Source: Diplonema japonicum (taxonomy: Eukaryota > Protista > Euglenozoa: Diplonemea). From it: a stretch of 64,000 nucleotides of DNA. The translations under genes were made by a program, and so were the position numbers. The stretch spans positions 248,001-312,000 of the forward strand of contig OZ025676.1 in the NCBI GenBank assembly GCA_964019335.1, given 5' to 3'. The first letter of the stretch is position 1. Each line of letters opens with the position of its first letter. Under the pieces are notes generated by a model that saw only the letters and a program-made list of their open reading frames with translations, made no database searches and had not been told where the DNA came from. Shown here piece by piece: positions 57,011 to 64,000 of the stretch.

Positions 57011-57649
57011 TTAGAATCCTTCTTCTTCTAGTGCGCCTTCTTCCAGCTGTGCTATCTGGCTGAGTGGCACGAACTGAGCAGTTTCGGCAGCTTCAATCCA
57101 CCTCCTCGTCCCGTCTTCTTCACCATAGACTTCAATAAAAGAATGTATATCATAGTGTTGCCCATCATCGAAATCTTGCCTGTATTCCCGGTTCTCTTCA
57201 GGAGGGTTCACTTGTGGGTCCTGGTGATGTGCAGTGAGCCCAGCTTCTAAGTCATGGAAATCCACGTCAGCAACATCGTCCACATAATCCTCAGGGGGTG
57301 TCATTTCAGGGGCAGGTGCCTCCTCGTCCACTTCTTTCAGCACTTGCGGCTGGTGCTCAGAATTTGCCAGGGATTCTTTTTTCTCTTTCTTCTTTCTTTT
57401 CTTCTCTATCTGGACTTGCTGCTTCCTCTCCCTCTCTTCCTCAGAGTCATCATCATCTTGTTCGCTCTCAGAGTCGTTTCTTCTGTTCTTTTTTTTATTT
57501 AAGTTCTTCGCTCTCTTGATGGACCTTCTTTCCTGCCTCACGCAAAAACACCCCAAAACAATCACTGCTACCGCTATAACCACTACAGGTATTATAATCG
57601 TCAGTGTGTTATCAGAAGTATCAGGCTTCCAAGGTGCAGGCGTCGCCAT
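57011..57649 (-). CDS. Single-pass membrane protein with charged cytoplasmic tail
   Basis: N-terminal TM IIIPVVVIAVAVIVLGCFCV; small C-terminal motif EYRQDFDDGQHY...FIEVYG...W. Confidence 0.75.
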   Translation of the reverse strand: MATPAPWKPDTSDNTLTIIIPVVVIAVAVIVLGCFCVRQERRSIKRAKNLNKKKNRRNDSESEQDDDDSEEERERKQQVQIEKKRKKKEKKESLANSEHQPQVLKEVDEEAPAPEMTPPEDYVDDVADVDFHDLEAGLTAHHQDPQVNPPEENREYRQDFDDGQHYDIHSFIEVYGEEDGTRRWIEAAETAQFVPLSQIAQLEEGALEEEGF

Positions 57650-57829
57650 TGGTATTATACGGGTTTTCTTTTTCTTTTTTTTTTTTTTGTCCTCCTTCCC
57701 CTCTCCTGTTTTTATTTGATGAATGAAAACCCTGAGAAAAAAACGAATGGAGGGGAGAAAAAAAAAGAGTATATCAATGGTATAAAATAGGTTTTTTTTT
57801 TTTTTTTTTTTTTTTTCCCTTTGCCTTTC

Positions 57830-57843
57830 CTAGAAGTCCCTAA

Positions 57844-57877
<34 letters not shown>

Positions 57878-58093
57878 TTTCTCCAATCCATACCATTCCA
57901 TATCATCCTTCCCAGCACCGGGAACCACAGGAGCAGCTGCCTTCTTCGCAGGTGCAGTAGGAGCAGCTGCCTTCGCCTTCTTTGCAGGCATGGGCGCAAT
58001 ACCTGCAAGTTTCTCTGGCTTGCCAAAGACACAGCCGTTGGTCCATGCGGGTGCCGCAGAGAATCCAGTGGGGCAGGTAATCGAGGAAGGCAT
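57830..58093 (-). CDS. 69-aa Ala/Pro/Lys-rich protein, copy 1 (intron 57840-57893)
   Basis: Splicing GTATG..TAG gives ...GAGKDDMEWDF*, the same ending as copy 2. Confidence 0.8.
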
Positions 58094-58271
58094 TTTTTTT
58101 TTTTTTTTTTTTTTTTAGTGTGTAAGTAGAATTGTGTGTATCTGGTTTCTTAGTTACTTGCGTTCCTTGTTAGAAAAATTGAATAAAAAGGGAAAGGGGG
58201 GGGGGGGGGGGTGTGGGGTAAATTCTTGTTATAGTGTAAAGAAAGATCTTGTCACTCATCTTCCAACGTAA

Positions 58272-58300
58272 TCAGAAGTCCCTGTAAAAAAATATAGAGG

Positions 58301-58332
<32 letters not shown>

Positions 58333-58543
58333 CGGCCGCATACCATTCCATATCATCCTTCCCAGCACCAGGAACCACAGGAGCAGCTGCCTTCTTCGCA
58401 GGTGCAGCAGGAGCAGCTGCCTTCGCCTTCTTTGCAGGCATGGGCGCAATACCGGCAAGTTTCTCTGGCTTGCCAAAGACACAGCCGTTGGTCCATGCGG
58501 GTGCCGCAGAGAATCCAGTGGGGCAGGTAATCGAGGAAGGCAT
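58272..58543 (-). CDS. 69-aa Ala/Pro/Lys-rich protein, copy 2 (intron 58282-58343)
   Basis: Splicing GTATG..CAG gives ...GAGKDDMEWDF*; one aa difference from copy 1. Confidence 0.8.
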
Positions 58544-58933
58544 TTTTTTTTTTTTCTTTTTTGTTTTTGGTGTACAAAAAAATGTGTAGGGTGGACCTAA
58601 GAGGTGAATCAGTCTCTTAAAACAATGTCAAACCTTGTCAAAAAAAAAAAAATGCTTCCACTCCAAGGATGGGGAAACCCAATTGTGTAGGATGTCCCTG
58701 CCTTTTCCTCCCCTGCTACTCGTCACAGTACTTTCAGAACGAAAGTACTCCCCCCCCCCCCCCCCCCCCCACGAATTCTGAAAGAATAAAAAACCAAAAC
58801 CAGAAAAGAAAGAGAAAAAAAAAGAGATCTAAGATCTAGCTAGCCCTCTCCCTCCCAGCACATTTTCTTTTTTTCCATTACTTTTTCTATCAAGCGTTCT
58901 GGAACCCTGCGGCACGGATACCTCTCATAGGCT

Positions 58934-58983
<50 letters not shown>

Positions 58984-59018
58984 TTTTTTTTGTTGTTGTT
59001 GTTGTTGTTGCCCCTCTA

Positions 59019-61694
59019 TCACACCCTAGTTGCTTGCGTGGATGGCCTCCCGCAAGAAGTTTGTGGCATAGAATCAAGATCGCTTGCCTGTTTTTTTTTT
59101 TTTTTTTTTTTCTTTTTTTTTTCCCCTTCAAATATTTTATTTCCCGATACCTTTCCAGAGTCATAGAAGACAACACCGGAACTGCTTTCGGTCGACGGCG
59201 TGGAACGGATGATGTTAAGATTCAGCACCGAAGGGTCGTTAGTGAAGATCATGTGCTGGCTGTTGTCCCTTGCGGGATCGAAGGGGGAAGGGGTGGGCGC
59301 GAGCCGCCCGGAAAAGATAAAATTATCATCGGCGTAGACCGTCACTTGCTCGGCACCACGCGTGGGGGTCTTCGCATAATTCCAAAACGTAACCCTAGAA
59401 ATCGCCATGGGCTCTTCAAAAACAAGGTATAAAAGATTCGTGAGCCCGGGAGAGAAAGGAGCAAGCCAAATATGCCCATCATCGGTAGTATTGTTATTCG
59501 AGTCCACTAAATTGCTTAAAACCCTACAATCGGCTTTGTTTTGCTTCAAAACGGTCACATCACGAGGCACACCCTGCAAATTCTCGTGCCGAAGAGGTAT
59601 CGGCAACCCCCTCACATCCCAAAGCTGAATACCATTCAAACCCACATAATGCGCGTCACCTTGAGTCGACGAAATTTCTATGCGAAACACATATCCGATG
59701 GGGAACATTGGCGGTGTCAGGCCAATGATGTCCAGTACCTTTTTCGGGAAGGGCTTTGACGCGATTTTTGCCAAATGGATGGCATCTGCGATCTCTTTGT
59801 TCATAGTGGACGAGTGCATGGTTGCAGGGAGAGAATCGATGTTCTCGGAGACGTTAATTCTCTGCGCGTAGTCGTACCTGGAGTGCCCGGGTGCTTTTCT
59901 CACATAGAAACCCTTCTCGGGGGAGACCTTCTTACCGTCCACCGCCATTCTGATTCTCTTCACACCTCTGAACGTCGCGGCAAGATTTTCATTGTAATTC
60001 CATATTTTAACACCCTTCACAGTGGTGCGTGTTGATAACGTTAGTGTCAGAACGACGCTTTTTTCAGCGGTGTTTCCAAGCTTGGCATACCAGTCGGGGG
60101 TGTCTTTCGATTTCAACCAATCTGTGCATTCGCAAGCATGGCTGCATGATATCGAGTCGATGGGAATCGGTTCCTCGTCGGTACCGATTATCTGCAGGGA
60201 ACCAACCCCTACGCATAGCATATCGCCCCAGCCTTTCAGGATTTCTAGTGTTACAGTATCTCCTGTAGGGTACCCCATGAGGTCGTTCAGGATTGGATCG
60301 TTGTTGGGCTTTGTAGCAAGAGTCTGTCGTGTGGCAGGGCGGCCATATGAAGTGGAGGGACGGGAAACCTCTTCCGGAATGAACGAGTCTGCGACCTCGT
60401 CGGTGGTGGCCCAGTCTTTCGACTGTCTTTGTATGTTAGCATCGATTCTGTTCAGAATCGTTTGATCCATTGTGAATAAAATGATTTCGGTGGAGTCCTC
60501 GGCTCCTTGGAGCATCCCGCTTGCTTGCGAGACTTCGCCCTTGAATATGAACTTCTCATCAAGTGTTACTTCAATCTCCTTCACACCCCTCGAACTGTGC
60601 GGACGGGACTTGTTATAATTCCAAAATCGCAACATTGACACATTCATGTCAATACCGAAATCAACTGTCACGGTGTGGTCCTTACCAGGGGTGTACGGGG
60701 CTAGCCAGACATGGCTGTCGTCGCAGGTTCGTGGCACACCGTCAACGAGATTTTGAACAATTCTCGGATCGTCATTGTACTCCGGTAGGATGTTAATGGA
60801 CGGCGGCGACCCCGACACGTTCTCTTTGTTTATTTTGACAAGCTCACCTGTTTCATCATACACCTCTATACCGTTGAGCCCTAAGTAGTGCGGGTCACCC
60901 CATGTTGTCAAACAGTTAACGCTTAATCGTCTCCCGCTTGGCATTGTTGGGATGCAGAACTCTGATGGTGTGGGCGGTGGTGACGGGACAGGAGAAGGCA
61001 ACGGCGACACAGGCCGCGACACAGGAGCGGACCTCACAGTCGCACTGAGCACGTCCAAAGGATCTTCGTAAGAAGGACGCGGGGTTTGTTTCGAGCTTGG
61101 TAAAGTATATTCCCCTGGTCTTGAATACGTTGTAGGTCCCGAGGAGTACCCTGCAGGTGTCCTTGCCCGCCTGCCTGATGATGGACGTTTAGTTATTACC
61201 GGCGAGAAAATTTTCAAAGTCGCGTCATCACCGCTTGCTGTTTTTTGAGGCGACGAGAGCCACATGGGGATCGTTTCTTCTTCGATTAGTTGTTTCAAAG
61301 CAGTCGACACGTCGTCGTCGCTTGCGTTGCTGGACTCCAGTGAGGTGATGAGGTCCAGGACCATGTTTTTCCGTTCGACTGGAAGATCCCTTACCCGCTC
61401 GCCTACAGATATTATACTCTCGTCGTGGTCCTCTGGGACTTCTGGGAACTCTACAGCATCGCCCTTGGCCCATTTTGATGGTTGGCTGTCTTGTTGTACA
61501 GGTTGTCGGGGTTGTCCTTCTATGCTTTTTCTCAGCAGCCCCACGTCGTTCCGGCGTATCTTGGGGACAGGCGCAAGAGCTTTTCGCGGTGGTGCATTCG
61601 CCCCTGACCAACAACTGCTAAAACCCCGCTCTTTCTCTTCGTTACCCTCTGGGAGCATCGTCCCACGAGAGGACCTCCCTTGCCTTTGCGCCAT
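59019..61694 (-). CDS. KATNIP: KATNIP/KIAA0556-like protein (DUF4457 repeats), probable intron 59088-59150
   Basis: Repeated TWGDPHYLGLNGIE...NLVDG...HVWLAP...RFWNYNKS...RGV modules. Confidence 0.85.
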   Translation of the reverse strand: MAQRQGRSSRGTMLPEGNEEKERGFSSCWSGANAPPRKALAPVPKIRRNDVGLLRKSIEGQPRQPVQQDSQPSKWAKGDAVEFPEVPEDHDESIISVGERVRDLPVERKNMVLDLITSLESSNASDDDVSTALKQLIEEETIPMWLSSPQKTASGDDATLKIFSPVITKRPSSGRRARTPAGYSSGPTTYSRPGEYTLPSSKQTPRPSYEDPLDVLSATVRSAPVSRPVSPLPSPVPSPPPTPSEFCIPTMPSGRRLSVNCLTTWGDPHYLGLNGIEVYDETGELVKINKENVSGSPPSINILPEYNDDPRIVQNLVDGVPRTCDDSHVWLAPYTPGKDHTVTVDFGIDMNVSMLRFWNYNKSRPHSSRGVKEIEVTLDEKFIFKGEVSQASGMLQGAEDSTEIILFTMDQTILNRIDANIQRQSKDWATTDEVADSFIPEEVSRPSTSYGRPATRQTLATKPNNDPILNDLMGYPTGDTVTLEILKGWGDMLCVGVGSLQIIGTDEEPIPIDSISCSHACECTDWLKSKDTPDWYAKLGNTAEKSVVLTLTLSTRTTVKGVKIWNYNENLAATFRGVKRIRMAVDGKKVSPEKGFYVRKAPGHSRYDYAQRINVSENIDSLPATMHSSTMNKEIADAIHLAKIASKPFPKKVLDIIGLTPPMFPIGYVFRIEISSTQGDAHYVGLNGIQLWDVRGLPIPLRHENLQGVPRDVTVLKQNKADCRVLSNLVDSNNNTTDDGHIWLAPFSPGLTNLLYLVFEEPMAISRVTFWNYAKTPTRGAEQVTVYADDNFIFSGRLAPTPSPFDPARDNSQHMIFTNDPSVLNLNIIRSTPSTESSSGVVFYDSGKVSGNKIFEGEKKKKKKKKKKQASDLDSMPQTSCGRPSTQATRV

Positions 61695-61908
61695 CTTTTT
61701 TTTTTTTTTTTTTTTTTTTTTTTGTTGAAAAGAATGGACACAACTGTGTTAATTATTTTTTGATACGCCAATGAAGGGAGTGGGGGGGGGAAAGTAGGGG
61801 GGGAAAGATGATTGTTCGTGCAGAAGCATTCACTTGCAGGGATAAAACGGGACAAGCTGCCTCTACTCTCTTTTCGTTTTTAAAAGTTTTGTTTACTTTT
61901 TCCAGCAA

Positions 61909-61950
<42 letters not shown>

Positions 61951-62272
61951 AGAATAATCGCAAGCGGTCTTGGCAAACGTGTGGAAATTGATTTTTGGGG
62001 GAAAGGTAAATTATAGGATAAGACAGAATGAGATTTGAAAGGTTTTTTTTTTTGTTTTTGTTTTCCCCTTCTTTTTTTTCCCTCCCCTACTTTTTTTTTT
62101 TCTTCTAATAGACAAAAGACAAAAAAAAAAAGGAATTCTTTTTTTTTCTTTTCTTTTCTTTTCTCCTTTTCTTCCTCATTTTTTAAAAACAATAATATTA
62201 TCTTCTTTTTTTTTTTTGTTCAGTTCATTCCCACCCCTTTCATACTCAAATTAAGGAGACATTAAATGGGAG

Positions 62273-62309
<37 letters not shown>

Positions 62310-62368
62310 GAACGTTGAAACAGATACTTTCAAAAAGACAGAGACCTTGCTTAACACAAGCAAGGTGC

Positions 62369-63448
62369 TCAGACCCTTACAGATGTAGTGATTGACTTAA
62401 TCTCGCCCGGTCGCAACGAAGCAAGAGCACGCTCTGCCGAAGTACGGCGTCTGTGATGCTGACGAGGCACGACATCGGAAGAAGCAACGATCCCCGTGGG
62501 CAAAGGATACGCCGGTATCTCGGTAAACGAAGGCCGCACCTCCCGGGGAGATCCAAAATAATGATCGGGAAAGGACCTGCGGACCTGATGGCTCGGGGTG
62601 GCTTGCCTCGGGGTGATAATAGACTTTCTCGTTTGGGAAAATGGTTTTTTTCTACCAACACCAACAGTTGTCGTTGGAGCGGGCTGACGCAAGGAAGACG
62701 GAGCTCGAAGGGAGCTTGGCATCGGGCCGCCAACACCACCACCTGATGGAAAAGGAGGCGGCGGGTAATTAGGCGCTGTCCCACCTGTGACAGATGTAGC
62801 TGGAGGGAATCTATCGGAAACTTCACGAAAAGGTAAACCTTCAGGTGTTTCCGGCCCTGAAATCGACTGTTTTCGAACGTCTGTGTCAAACACAACACCC
62901 CCTGGAAAGACAGCTATGTCGGCCACAAAGTGCGTAACACGTGATCCTCGAATCCGTTCCACGGCAAATTTCACGTCTTCGCCGCTGAACACGTCTTCAC
63001 CATTTACTCTGCGAAGCACCATTTCGGGCTTAAAACCAGCTCTTTCAAACGCCCCTCCTGGGGTTAGCCTGTCGATGTGCAGTAGGCCATCGTATCTTTG
63101 TGTGTAATGTAGTCCGAGGGGCTCGTCGGTTCGTGTTAATGTGACCTTGACTAGCTGGAGGAGCTCAGGGACCTCTAGTTCCAATGGGATCACAGTGGTG
63201 TTCTCCTGTATGCAGTACTGTTTGATCGCCATGTTCAGGTCGCCGTTCACGTCGAAGCCGTCGACAGATGTGAGGTACGAGTCTTCGGGCACCTCAGCCC
63301 TCCCCAGCGGGCCGTTTTTTGTTATGTTTGTCAAATGCAGGGCGTTGTCGTCGGCCGCCCGCTCGTAGCGACAGCCTAGTTGTTCATCGATGTCTCTGAG
63401 ATGTATTGTGACAACGCATGGGAGGTACGGGAACCCCGCGTCTTGCAT
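62369..63448 (-). CDS. Tandem PDZ-domain protein
   Basis: EQLGCRY...ITKNGPLGRA...LTSVDG and EPLGLHY...LTPGGAFERAG...LRRVNGEDV; ATG at 63448. Confidence 0.8.
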   Translation of the reverse strand: MQDAGFPYLPCVVTIHLRDIDEQLGCRYERAADDNALHLTNITKNGPLGRAEVPEDSYLTSVDGFDVNGDLNMAIKQYCIQENTTVIPLELEVPELLQLVKVTLTRTDEPLGLHYTQRYDGLLHIDRLTPGGAFERAGFKPEMVLRRVNGEDVFSGEDVKFAVERIRGSRVTHFVADIAVFPGGVVFDTDVRKQSISGPETPEGLPFREVSDRFPPATSVTGGTAPNYPPPPFPSGGGVGGPMPSSLRAPSSLRQPAPTTTVGVGRKKPFSQTRKSIITPRQATPSHQVRRSFPDHYFGSPREVRPSFTEIPAYPLPTGIVASSDVVPRQHHRRRTSAERALASLRPGEIKSITTSVRV

Positions 63449-63728
63449 TTCCTTCCCTTTTTTTTGGTGTTCTTTTTTTTTATTATTACCTCCCCCTCCC
63501 CTCCCGCCTCCTCTGAATGAATATGACCATTTGAATTTGGTGTGTGAAAAAAAAAAAAAAAATAAGAGACGGCCGGTGTTTTGGTGGCGCCCGAAGAAAA
63601 AGGAAAGGGGGTGAGAAAATAAATGAGAATTTTTTCTTTTTTTTTTTGTACACACACTATTTTTTCCCTCCCTTTTTTGTTTTATAACACTTTTTTTTTT
63701 TCGTCTCAACACACTAGGGAGGAGTTTC

Positions 63729-64000
63729 CTAAAAAGACCTGGCGAGACTGGACGTGCTGAGTTGCTGCTGCATGGATGCTTCCTCGATCATCTCCTCAAC
63801 ACCGTAGAATGACACGTTGAGTCCACAACCGAAAGTCTGGGAAAGTGCGTCGACAGCATCTTCAGTGGAGGCAAAGGTCACGACTCCGTAAGACCCGCCA
63901 TACCTTTTCGTTTTGTCACTCGTGCGGTAGAGGCGGGCGGTGACGAAACCAGTGATCTCACACCACATTTTCTGGAAGTCAGCTTCCGTCATCCTCCGAA
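63729..64000 (-). CDS. RRM-containing protein, C-terminal part (start outside window)
   Basis: GSYGVVTFASTEDAVDAL resembles RNP1 plus helix. Confidence 0.7.
   Translation of the reverse strand, partial: RRMTEADFQKMWCEITGFVTARLYRTSDKTKRYGGSYGVVTFASTEDAVDALSQTFGCGLNVSFYGVEEMIEEASMQQQLSTSSLARSF

Overview
This is a eukaryotic (protist) genomic window, not a prokaryotic one. About 25 host genes all lie on the minus strand, separated by short homopolymer-rich spacers. Several contain tiny GT-AG introns, mostly GTATG...YAG. This points to a polycistronic transcription unit of a euglenozoan, most likely a diplonemid (inference). Host genes: the 5' part of VPS13, which the ORF track misses because it runs off the window; a complete cluster of four strongly divergent core histones (H4, H3, H2A, H2B) sharing Lys-rich KKxKK tails; an H2A pseudogene separated from the intact copy by non-LTR retroelement debris; three ubiquitin genes (uncapped di-Ub, tri-Ub, and a Ub fused to a divergent UBL); CAF1 with a PAM2-like motif; an arylsulfatase; a degenerate class III cyclase; a giant Thr/Ser-repeat secreted protein; an NCL-type Na/Ca exchanger; an SLC1 transporter; and SET, PKD2-like, KATNIP-like, PDZ and RRM proteins. 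Five box C/D snoRNAs lie between the ubiquitin genes, and in one a 2-nt insertion shifts the predicted rRNA target. Mobile DNA comprises three copies of an internally deleted piggyBac (two bracketing the arylsulfatase in inverted orientation), three hairpin-terminated tyrosine-recombinase (Crypton-like) elements, and a family of short retro-derived repeats ending in CCTTTAACTCATATAT. Best candidates for new biology: the variant histone quartet, the homopolymer-filled micro-introns, the guide-shifted snoRNA paralogues and the hairpin YR elements.
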